From a virus, in the IMG/VR virus record IMGVR_UViG_3300042482_000679: a stretch of 64,000 bases of DNA. One strand, given 5' to 3'. The position numbers were made by a program, and so were the translations under genes. The notes below the pieces were generated by a model. The model was given only the letters and a program-made list of their open reading frames with translations, had not been told where the DNA came from and did no database searches. Positions 29,641 through 39,800 of this stretch are shown here, piece after piece (within the stretch, counting starts at the first letter, position 1; every line of letters starts with the position of its first letter).

Positions 29641-30648
29641 TTAATTAAGGGTTTGTTTGTGTTTTCTTTTTTCTTTTCTTGTTAGTTTCAATATTGGTTT
29701 GATAAAGTTTACAAATGAATCGTCATCTTTTGGAAGATACTTAAAGAACCCGTCATCATTCATCATCTGAATTATGTTTTTAGATGTACGACCTTCAGGG
29801 TCCAAAGACTCCTCATAAAATAACCTCACCATTTCCATTGCATCTTCAGAAATAATTGGGTTATGTAAGTCAACGATTTGTTTGTTGGTCTTATAAAAAT
29901 GTTCACCAAATTCTCCATTTTTTGTAACACCATTTAAAATATTTTTCAATACTTTGTTGTCTTTGTTTTGTTCTTGTAAAAGTTTTGCCTTTGTTAAAAT
30001 ATCGTCAACAGAAACGGGTTTTTCAAGCACCTCAGGGAACAATTTTAGAAAGGTTTTTTCACCCAAACTGTAGATACCAAATATGTTGTCAGACTTATCA
30101 CCTAACATAACTTTTGAAACAAAAATATTTTCGTGAGGTATCCATTCTTTTTCCAAACGGACTTTGTCTCCTTTTTGATAAAGGTATTTTTGAATGGGTG
30201 AGTAGATGGATACCTTCTCACTCAAAAGTTGCATATAATCTCTATCAGATGAAAAAATTGTTTTGGTCTCCGTATCAGAAATGATACAATAGTATGCAAC
30301 CAAGTCATCAGCTTCGTTATTATCAATATCGATTTGTCTAACGAAACATTCTTCCAAGTATTGTTTTACTCGGTTCTTTTGGAAGTAATATGACTGAAGT
30401 TTTTCCTCAGTCATATTATTCTTCCGATTTAGTTTGTAATCAGGATATAGTTCACGTCTTTTGACTGAGTTGTTGTTACCGTCCCAAAAAACGATGACCT
30501 TGTCGTATTCGTTTTGTTCCAACTGTTTACGTAAGGTGTTGAGGAAGTGGAATACCCCTCCAATGTGATTTCCGTCAACATAAAACTCTCTGACTCCGTG
30601 GAATCCGATTTTAAATAAGTTATCTCCATCTACTAATAATGTTCTCAC
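29641..30648 (-). CDS. 5'-3' exonuclease / flap endonuclease (T4 RNase H, PolI N-terminal-like)
   Basis: LLVDGDNL, FWDG, RRELYPDYK, EADD, SSDRD, GDKSDNI.G...GEKT motifs; GTG start. Confidence 0.92.
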   Translation of the reverse strand: MRTLLVDGDNLFKIGFHGVREFYVDGNHIGGVFHFLNTLRKQLEQNEYDKVIVFWDGNNNSVKRRELYPDYKLNRKNNMTEEKLQSYYFQKNRVKQYLEECFVRQIDIDNNEADDLVAYYCIISDTETKTIFSSDRDYMQLLSEKVSIYSPIQKYLYQKGDKVRLEKEWIPHENIFVSKVMLGDKSDNIFGIYSLGEKTFLKLFPEVLEKPVSVDDILTKAKLLQEQNKDNKVLKNILNGVTKNGEFGEHFYKTNKQIVDLHNPIISEDAMEMVRLFYEESLDPEGRTSKNIIQMMNDDGFFKYLPKDDDSFVNFIKPILKLTRKEKRKHKQTLN

Positions 30649-30665
30649 AAATTTGGGGTTTATGG

Positions 30666-31667
30666 TTAGTCCTCTTTTTCCTCACTCAAAGTGAAATCAC
30701 CGTCTGTTCCGATTACTTCTTTCCAATAATCAGAGTATTCTTTTTTGTAACGCTCAATAGACGCTTTCTCTTCGGTAGTATCTTTTCCCGCCAAGAATCC
30801 GTGAGGTGTTACAATAATCTTACCATCTTCGTAACCCAAACCATTGATGTGATTTTTCATTACAGAAATCTTGGTACGAGAAGCAAACTTAACAGTTCTC
30901 TTGTCTTTAGTCGCTGTAATCTTAGTTGTACCAGCACCTTTTTGATTTCCAAATAAAAATACTAAAGAAGAGTTCAACCAAACAGATTCACCACCTTTAG
31001 CTTTAATTTTTGGTTGCCCAAAAGGATTATCAGGTAGTTCAACCCAAGGTTGATTTACTATAACTAAAGTATTTTCATATTTTGAATCAGATTTACGAGA
31101 ACCTGAAATTCTTTGGTTAATACCCATACCAATCTTATCAGATAAGGTTGCTGCGTTATGTTGTTTACCCCCTTTACCTTCATAAGTCATTTTAGATGGA
31201 ATAGAACCAATAGAGTCCCACAAGAAACATAAACTGTAATCCAATTCACCCTTTTCTTGTGCATCTAACAATTGATTAATATAATCAGTGATTTGTTCAA
31301 TGTAATCAAAGTTATTGTTAAAGATAAAGAAACCATCCCAATCTAATTCTCCTGTCTCTGTATCGACAATCTCATCACACTGAAGACCCATAATTTTTGC
31401 GTGTTCAAAGCTCCACTTCTGTTCAGTAATAATGAACACAGGTAGAATTTCTTTTTTCTGAGCATCAACTGCAGTCTTAATCATAGCGGTTGTTTTACCA
31501 GTGTCTGAGTGACCTAAGAACATATTGATGTGTCCAATCGCAGGACCAGGTAAACCAACAGCATCCAAGAAGTCAGGACCACAGTCAAAAAACCTTTGGG
31601 GTTTGTATTTGGCTGAAGTAGAAAACTTCTTCTTTACTGAACTAAAATCATTTTTCTTGATTGCCAT
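30666..31667 (-). CDS. RecA/UvsX-family recombinase
   Basis: Walker A GHSDTGKT, WDSIG, VNQ, KGG, KNH. Likely start is MAIKK at 31667; the track start overlaps the upstream gene. Confidence 0.88.
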   Translation of the reverse strand: MAIKKNDFSSVKKKFSTSAKYKPQRFFDCGPDFLDAVGLPGPAIGHINMFLGHSDTGKTTAMIKTAVDAQKKEILPVFIITEQKWSFEHAKIMGLQCDEIVDTETGELDWDGFFIFNNNFDYIEQITDYINQLLDAQEKGELDYSLCFLWDSIGSIPSKMTYEGKGGKQHNAATLSDKIGMGINQRISGSRKSDSKYENTLVIVNQPWVELPDNPFGQPKIKAKGGESVWLNSSLVFLFGNQKGAGTTKITATKDKRTVKFASRTKISVMKNHINGLGYEDGKIIVTPHGFLAGKDTTEEKASIERYKKEYSDYWKEVIGTDGDFTLSEEKED

Positions 31668-31878
31668 AATTGTATTTGTAAAACATTTGTAATGTTTGTA
31701 ATTTATCACTAGCATTTGCAAGTTTTTCAATAAACTTGTCCATTTCTTCAATGTGTTGTGGGTGTTCACCAATCCCAACAGGATTTTCCATATACACCAT
31801 CAAAGTTGCTTCTGCCTCAGCAATTTCACTCTCATATTTCTTGATAAGTGATTCATACATTTTTTCTCTGATTTTCAT
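31648..31878 (-). CDS. Small conserved phage protein (VGIGEH motif)
   Basis: 76-aa helical ORF; NPVGIGEHP resembles a small protein family I recall from T4-like phages. Confidence 0.7.
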   Translation of the reverse strand: MKIREKMYESLIKKYESEIAEAEATLMVYMENPVGIGEHPQHIEEMDKFIEKLANASDKLQTLQMFYKYNYGNQEK

Positions 31879-31891
31879 TTTTTTTTAAATT

Positions 31892-31935
31892 AAAAAGGAC
31901 ACTCTCAAAGACAGTTTGACCTTGAGAATGTCCTT
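31892..31935 (-). terminator. Intrinsic terminator after ssb
   Basis: AAGGACATTCTCAAGG...CTTTGAGAGTGTCCTT long stem with G-U pairs only in the minus-strand RNA, followed by a T-tract. Confidence 0.75.
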
Positions 31936-31945
31936 CACATTATTA

Positions 31946-32785
31946 TTAGAACGGCAAGTCCTCGTCAACTTGTGAACTTGCTTGTGGGTCTTCGTAGTTA
32001 CTTGAAGATGAGCTACCTCCAAAAGATTCAGTGGCTTCTTCATCATTACTATAAACGTAACCACCTTTTTCAGAATCCCAACGTGGAACTTCACCTCGAG
32101 CAATCGCTTCCAAATATTCTACAGGTTTCTTAGAATATGCGTCTCTCCAAGTCAATTCATCTTCCAACCACTCTTTCATAACTTTTTTGTCTTCGTGAAT
32201 CGGACAAGGGTCGTCATACATAATAGTTGAAACTGCGGTGTAGAAAGCACCTTTAGGAGTTTTTTGTTTGGTCAACTCAATGACAAGGTCACGTCCTTTT
32301 TCAGGGTCGGTGATGTCACCTTTGTTTCTCCAAATTGGAATAATTTTATCAAGGATACCGTCTTGTTTGTAGTTGTGTTTGAATCTCCAAAACTTAACAC
32401 CGTCTTCAGGGTGGTCACGGTCAATAACTTTAACTACGTAGAACTTACGTGAGCGATATTGGTCCGCTAATTTCTTATCAGACTCTTTACCTGTTGAGAT
32501 TAGTTCTTCGTAAACCTCAGTAAGTGGTGAACGTTCATTATCGTTCTTTCCTGGGTCATAGAACTTTTGCCATTTACCACCAACTTGAACTTCGTGGTAC
32601 CAAGCTTCTTTGAATGGTGAACTTCCATCACCTGTGGGTAGAATACGGACTCTACGCTGTCCTGAATTTGATTTTTCATCTAGGAGAAGTGTGAAATACT
32701 TTTTCAATCTTTCCTCTGAACTCATTCCTCCTCCACCGGATTTGGATTGTTCGTACTGTGCTAATACTGCGTCAAGTGAACTCAT
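31946..32785 (-). CDS. Single-stranded DNA-binding protein (T4 gp32-like)
   Basis: RVRILP, VIDRD, DITDPEKGRDL, acidic tail ending DEDLPF. Confidence 0.85.
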   Translation of the reverse strand: MSSLDAVLAQYEQSKSGGGGMSSEERLKKYFTLLLDEKSNSGQRRVRILPTGDGSSPFKEAWYHEVQVGGKWQKFYDPGKNDNERSPLTEVYEELISTGKESDKKLADQYRSRKFYVVKVIDRDHPEDGVKFWRFKHNYKQDGILDKIIPIWRNKGDITDPEKGRDLVIELTKQKTPKGAFYTAVSTIMYDDPCPIHEDKKVMKEWLEDELTWRDAYSKKPVEYLEAIARGEVPRWDSEKGGYVYSNDEEATESFGGSSSSSNYEDPQASSQVDEDLPF

Positions 32786-32814
32786 AAAAATTAAATGTTA
32801 AAAAATTAGTGTTA

Positions 32815-32846
32815 CAAATATAGGGTTTAAAAAATTACTAGTCAAA
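32815..32846 (-). promoter_or_regulatory. Bacteroidota-type housekeeping-sigma promoter for ssb
   Basis: TTTG(32846-32843)-N20-TATATTTG(32822-32815) is an exact match to the -33 TTTG / -7 TAnnTTTG consensus. A weaker TTTG-N19-TACATTTA lies at 32878-32908. Confidence 0.7.
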
Positions 32847-32852
32847 TAAAAT

Positions 32853-32878
32853 AAAAAGGGTCGTGTTACCACAACCCT
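32853..32878 (-). terminator. Intrinsic terminator with GNRA loop
   Basis: AGGGTTGTG-GTAA-CACGACCCT followed by TTTT. Confidence 0.8.
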
Positions 32879-32910
32879 AAATGTAATCAAGAAATCATAA
32901 AAGTCAAAAG

Positions 32911-33570
32911 TTATCTACTCTTAAATCCTCTAAATTCGTCTTCTTCGTCGTCATCAAATGTCTTCTTTATTTCAGCCGGATTTACATCTTCAACTTCATC
33001 CGATGTTAGAATATATTCGTGTTTACCTGATTTTTCAAAGTCTTCTTTCTTATCGTCAAAAAAATCTGATAGTTTTTGATTAAATGGTCCTGAATCTAAA
33101 CTTCTTAGTTGTAATTTTTCTTGCGGTGTCTTTTCTCTGTATTTTTCAATTTTCGTTTCAATACTATTAAGTTTTTCTACTAAACCGTCCATTTCACTTA
33201 ATTTTGTTTCTAAATTTTGGATGTATCCAAAAAGTTGTTCAAAATACTTATCTTGCTTAGAATCTATTTTTTCAGTAGTTTTAACAATATCAGTAACGTC
33301 TATCTCCTCAGTGTTTGAATCACCCTCAGCAGATTCTCCCTCATCATCAATCTTTGTAACCTCATCATCAGTTGCAACATCTATTTTTTCAGGAGTTACA
33401 GGGGCCGCCTCAGGAGCTGCAGCATCCGCAGGTGCCGGTGGTAATGCCGCCGCATCAAGAGCTGGTTCACCTGCCGCTTCAGGAGCAACAGGTAGTTCCT
33501 GTTCTGTGATATAATTGTTTATACTATGATATCTTTGTATTTCTTTTAGAATCTTTTTGTCAATACTCAT
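32911..33570 (-). CDS. Acidic coiled-coil protein (possible head scaffold/internal protein)
   Basis: 219 aa. ILKE/ITE N-terminal motifs, Ala-Pro linker, coiled coil and acidic tail. Confidence 0.65.
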   Translation of the reverse strand: MSIDKKILKEIQRYHSINNYITEQELPVAPEAAGEPALDAAALPPAPADAAAPEAAPVTPEKIDVATDDEVTKIDDEGESAEGDSNTEEIDVTDIVKTTEKIDSKQDKYFEQLFGYIQNLETKLSEMDGLVEKLNSIETKIEKYREKTPQEKLQLRSLDSGPFNQKLSDFFDDKKEDFEKSGKHEYILTSDEVEDVNPAEIKKTFDDDEEDEFRGFKSR

Positions 33571-33574
33571 TTTC

Positions 33575-33799
33575 TTAACCGTTTAAAAGTTGTTTTATAC
33601 CGTGTGGAGTCTCTACTCTAACTCTTCTGTTAGCAGTGACATCGTGTCCTGCTCTTTCAATAAGGCCATCTCTTTCTCTAACGATATAACAATCGCCAGT
33701 GTCTAAGTCACAAACTTGCTTGGTTCCGTCACCATTATCCTTTGATGACATTCTTACATTTTTACCAAGATACTGATTTAACATATTATTTAGGTCCAT
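33575..33799 (-). CDS. Hypothetical protein
   Basis: MDLNNMLNQY..., CDLDTGDC; likely ATG at 33799. Confidence 0.7.
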   Translation of the reverse strand: MDLNNMLNQYLGKNVRMSSKDNGDGTKQVCDLDTGDCYIVRERDGLIERAGHDVTANRRVRVETPHGIKQLLNG

Positions 33800-33812
33800 A
33801 ACCAATTTTTCT

Positions 33813-33820
33813 TATAAATA
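33813..33820 (-). promoter_or_regulatory. TATTTATA motif (putative late promoter)
   Basis: About 14 nt upstream of ATG 33799. Confidence 0.55.
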
Positions 33821-33840
33821 TCTATAAAATTCAAATAATT

Positions 33841-36800
33841 TTATTGTGGGGTCGTACTAGGGGTTGGGCTTGGAGTACAAGTAGGTGGAATGTTGTTTAT
33901 TATATTTTGATTGTTAGCTGTTGGTGTAGGTGTTGGTGTGATTTTAAACACAGGTATTGTACTAACAAGTCCAAGATTCTTCGCCAACCTATTACCTTCA
34001 ATTAAGTTGAATGACAACTGTGTATCTGAGGTTAAATCAGTTCCTCTATTTGCTGGCCAGTTTTGTAGATAGAAAGTTTCAATAGATTTGTTTTGAATAT
34101 CCCCGACTCTATTTATCAATCTATCTCTCATAAATAACATAAATTCTACAGGGTCAACAAAATTAGCAACAGGATATGAAAGTGGTAATCCATTTAGATT
34201 TTCAATATCCATACAAGAATATGTTGGTTCAAAATAAGTTCTTAACTCACCATAATTATAATCTAAAGTAATTCTTCCAAAGTTATTGTTTAAACCAATG
34301 AAGTTTTTACTGTCTTTGTTACCACTTGCAGCCCAAGATATTAAGAATATTATAAATCTTAAGTTTTGATATCTTTCAATCTCAATAGCATCTGTAGACG
34401 TTGTACTAACATTTTGAATTAACAAGTCATAGAATTGTTTTGCCGTTAACTTAGTTTGAGTTCCACTTACTGATGTATATCCAGCTTGTTTATAAGGTGT
34501 TTCCAATACTTTTGAGTCACAAGAATTTTGTGCGGATTGTTGTGTATTAGAATTTGTTGACACGTTTGCATTATTACCTTGGGTAGTTGTCGCATTGGTT
34601 CCCTTATCATCATCTTTCCTTTGAGTAACAGCGGTTATCAATTTACCAACCAAATTTTGATTAATACTTTGTAATAAGTTTTCTGTGTATGGATACGACA
34701 ACACACTTTGTCTAACACCCGTAAATTTGGTTTCAAACTGACCAGGTGTAATAGTGTGCGTAACATCAGTAATTAAGTAAGAACCATTAAACATCGGTAC
34801 GTGTCTAAGGTTGAAATACATTGTTGGTTGAATCATCGCATTACCTAAACCAACCACATCACATTGATATGACCTGTTCTGATAAATGTTATACAACGAG
34901 TTGTTTTGTGTTGCGGTATCTCTACCAGATGCTGCGTTGGCCATATTATTTATGGTCCACACAGATTCAGCGGTCGCCTTACCGTTATCTTGTGACACTG
35001 AAAAAGAATAAAATATATTTTGGTTTCTAACCCCAATGTCTACCGTAAATCCAACACATCTATTAGATAACGCCCAATCTGTTTTATTTGTTTGGTTTTC
35101 AACATTTGGGTTACCAACAGGATTTCTTAAGTCAAAAGTGTCGGTTCTAAATAAATAATTGTTAACACTCTTATCTGTAGTATCAATATACGATGATGGT
35201 CTATTGGCATAGAAACAAACTAATTTTGGTCCTGACCTTCTGTAGTCAACAGTTAGGTAAGTTCCCCACATTTCATTAGCAAAATCAATCGTGCTTGGTA
35301 TATTAGGTACCGCGTTTAAAGTAGGTTCTTGTACATTATAAAAGTTAACATACGCAGGCATTGGCATTATCGTAAAGTGATTATCGGTCAAAATACCTGC
35401 TAAAAATACAAACACACCCATATTAAGGTTGATTGTGTCTTCACTGATAATTTGTTTTAACTTGAAAATATCCACAACAACCTTATCTCCAATATTTCTT
35501 GACGCTCTGTCAAGGAACAACATATCTTCAAATAAGGTGTATCGTTTGTAATCAGTACCCGCAATCCACTTATCATTCAATGCTTTGAATGCTTCATATA
35601 AATCTACTTTAGCTTGTTTTGAATCAAACTTACTCTGTATTGTTTTTTCAGGTAATTCACTAATTTCGGGTAATCCCTTTCTTACATTTATTAGTGTGTT
35701 ATCTAAACCAACGTTTTTAAATGCGTTATATGTGTTCAAATATCCTTGGAGTTGACCTGTAAATTCAGTGATAGTTAAATTTGGATTTTCAAGTCTTTGG
35801 GTGGCATACATTCTAATAACTTGTGATAACTCTGTAATATTTGCAGACGTAAAGTTAATATTAGACTGAACAAAAAAGTCGGTTATGTAAGAACCATTAT
35901 TATCGTAAATAAGTTCAGGTATTGTTGAAAACCCAACTTCAAGTTGTAGTGTTCTCCACGCGTCAGGGTTTGACGCTATAGAGTTCTGCAAACTAACCGT
36001 ACCACCATTGGTTGGCAAATTGTTCTGATATGGTCCAAATTGTAACGGATTGATTACTTGAGATGTATTAGTAATATATCCGATATATGAGTCCACCGCT
36101 CTTCTGTTGTAACGAGTCGGGTTACCCATTCTCAATACAACGTCATATTCCATAATGTTTTGGATTTGAGCAATCGAATTACTGAATTGACTCTGTATTA
36201 TTGTTTCAAATAAATCTTCAGATGTGGCGCTACTTAATGGTATTTGAACACTCATCAATGAACGCATCATCTTTTGGAAGTTTCTGTATGTTGTTTCCAA
36301 ATCAGAAAACTGTTCAAATCCACCACCTACTGAAAGTGACGCACCAGGGTCAATTACATTAGAATTTTCCTCATTGATATTAAAATTTGTTAACGCTTTA
36401 CTGAAGTTTAAAAATTCATTTTCTAATATGTCCAATATTTGTTTGTCAAATACTGAGAACACATCATCAATTTTTGAATATTCATTCGTCTGAATCAACT
36501 CAAATGGGACATTACCAAATAGATTGTTTTCATCAAACATATAACTTCCTGTACCAGGTCGATATATTGTTTGGTTATCGTAATAACCGTAATTTGGTAA
36601 ACTCCAAAATGCTCTAACCGAACCGTTAAATAACGCTTCATTATTATACAACTCTTGTGTTAATAATCCTGTAGTACTAAAACAAGCGTTGTTCACTTGG
36701 TTCATTTGTGACCCAAACGATGGTATTACATAATATTGATATGTTGGAGTTGTTGGTGGTTCATCACAAACAACTGTATTTGGAACTGATGGTGTAATAC

Positions 36801-39800
36801 TATCAGGTAATAAAACACTATATGTTTTAATATCAATAACCCTTGTTTGTAAATCCTTGGTTGTATTTTTATTAATATTTGATTCTGAAAGGTTTTGAAT
36901 CTTTAAACCATTTTTAATGGACTCATTAATTTCACCATCAGTATATGCAGTATACAAGTCTTGAGAGTTGTAAAAGTAATTGAACTCATTAATCAATTTA
37001 GGGTAGAACCCTACCTGCATTGTGGTGTATTTAACATTATTGTCAACCGTTTCTGTTTGTAATGTTATTTTACCAACACCATTTAATGTATAAGTCTTGG
37101 CGGTGTTTTGATTAATAGGGTCGTAGTTTTGTTTGTAATCAAAATTACCCCAACATCCACCTAAAATATCCTGATTGGTTTGTACTTGTGTTTTATATCT
37201 ATGCCAAATCGCACCATATTTTAATACCCAAACATATGGAACCTTGTGTAACGCACCAAACTTTTTGAAACTTGCAAAAATATAATCTAAAGGTGTTGTC
37301 ACACCAGCAAGATTTGTTTTATATCTGTCCTTAAATGTTGCGAGTGGTAGTGAGTTTAAGAATAAAAACGCTGCCGCGACATAAGGATATTGTTCTTTAT
37401 TCTTTTCTTTAGCAACACCCTCCAATATTGCGTTAACAAAATAAGGTGTGTTCAACATAGAGGTTGTTGTTCTTACGGGTAAACCTGTTGTTGGGTAATC
37501 AACATAACCTTCTGTCGGTAACAAAGTTGCTGGTTGTCTTGTTATGTAAAACGTATTAACATTTGTTGTTAGTGCCGGTATTGCAGTGTTTAGATAGTTA
37601 AAGTTTGTTACAGGTCTGTTTGTATTATAATCATCAATACCCGTAAAATTTGAAATTATATTTTTTGGTTCGTAAACTTTATATGTGTTTGATGTGTTGT
37701 TTGCAACGTCAACCGAACCACCTAAAATATACTGACTTAAATTTTTAATGTTCCAATCCTGATTTGTAAACGGGAAAGTATCTACAATTTGTATTGGGTT
37801 TGTGCTAGTACTCTTTAAGAATTGTTGTAATTGTGGCGTTTGTGGTAATGAAACAAAAGAGTTTGAAACAGTATTTGACAAGTATTTTGTACTAAGAATT
37901 GAAAACGGGTTCTGAGTATAATTCTTAAGATATGGTGTAATATAAATGTCTTGTATAAATTCACCCCAAAATAAACCAGTTCCTTGGTTTGAAAACGCTT
38001 CTAATGTTTGGGTAAAATTATTAGCAGTAAAAGGATATTCTTTTAACTTTTGAGTTAAGTATGGATTACTCAATCCTAAAGATTCTATAATGTTAGTACC
38101 TTCCGTAATACCAATAATGTCACCAACAAAAGTTTTAGACGTATTGTCATTTGTAACTCTACCAAATCCTGTATAAAATTGGTATATTAATTGTCTCTCA
38201 TATATTTCATAAAAATATTTTAACTCTTCTTTATTAAGATAAGCTAACCCAATATTAGGGAATTCTAAAGCATTTAGATTTAATCTTTTTACTGTTGCAG
38301 CATCATTGTCTGCGGGAGGTTGTGAAATTGGTGGGTCATTTCTTTGCGCAGTACCTTTTAAATATTCTTCAACAAATTCGACCTCAGGCCATTTGTCGTA
38401 AAGATACCCTTTTGATTGATTTACAAACGCAATATCACCAGGATATGTTAATGTATATCTTGGTTGGTCATCGGTACCGTTATTTTCAACAAAAACTTGT
38501 GGCCAAGGGTATACAGGTTGTTGGGAATTATCTATAAATTCTTGACTAGCGTTTGCTGTTAACGGAACGTAGTTGACATCATCAGGACTTTTTATAGAAG
38601 TACTATTGTTATTTAAAACAACATTTTTTCTCACAGGGTCTTGTCTAACAGAATATGCCTGAATATGAACATCATCCATCAATCTGATAAACGCCTCTGT
38701 TGATGCCATAATCACCGCACTAATATTTCTAACTGTAGGTCTAAATCCAATTCCAGTATCAGCTCTTTCTACTTTATCAGCCAATTCAGCACTTAATTTG
38801 GTTTCCAATTCAGTAACTTTAGCGTCAATTTGAGATTCCATACTTTTTATTATGGTGTCAAATCTATTGGCACCAACAAAAACATAAAAGTTTTTCTTAA
38901 CTTCTTTCAATCCTTCGGGTGTCGCCTCTACCACTACACTAAAATATTGTTCAGCACTTTTTACAATAAATGCACTAATTTCTTCAGGTGTTGGGTATTT
39001 TATCGAGGTTCTGTCTATAAATGTTTTTTCCCAATCAATATTATCCAATTGAAAGTTTTCAATATAAATCGAAGGAGTTATTGGGTTTGGTATCTTAAAG
39101 TTTTGTTTTGCTTCAGCACCAAACGTACCGTTTTGTGCCAACTTAGTATTGTATGTTTGTGTAATAGCACTTAACTCACTTTGAGCGGTAACTCTTTGTG
39201 ATTGTGTTAGATTCTTTTTGAAGACATAAGCATACTGACCATCCTTTAAAACAAATGGTTTTGGGTCCAAAAATGTTGTAAACCAAGAATTTTTGGCGTC
39301 TCTGACACTTTTATAATATTGGTTAAGTGTTTTTTTATAAGATGTCGCATCCGTAATCGGCTGCATATCAACTTTCCTATATGAATTAATAATGTTCTGT
39401 TCAAATTGTTGTAATTTGTAACCTAATTCCATTATTGTTAGTTCAGGAAAATTCTTATCAATTAAACCTTTGGCTTTGTATTCAGAGTAAACTTCGTGCA
39501 TTTTTTGTCTACCCCTCTCATTAACTCGAGTAACACTCAGGTTGTTTTGAGATTGAGCATTTGACGGAATATTCTGACCCGCATTGTTCGCCGAATTATC
39601 ATCTGCAGACTCTGTTTCAACAATAGAGTTTGTGTATGTAAATGTTTTAGAATACATATGGGGTAATGCAATCAAATGCCCCATCTGAATTTCATTTAAA
39701 ATGTTATATTTGTATCCGTAAAATTTACAACTAACTTGGTAGTTACCACTCATTGTATTAAATCTCGCCTCAAATGTGTGTAGATTTAATTGGTATCTAA

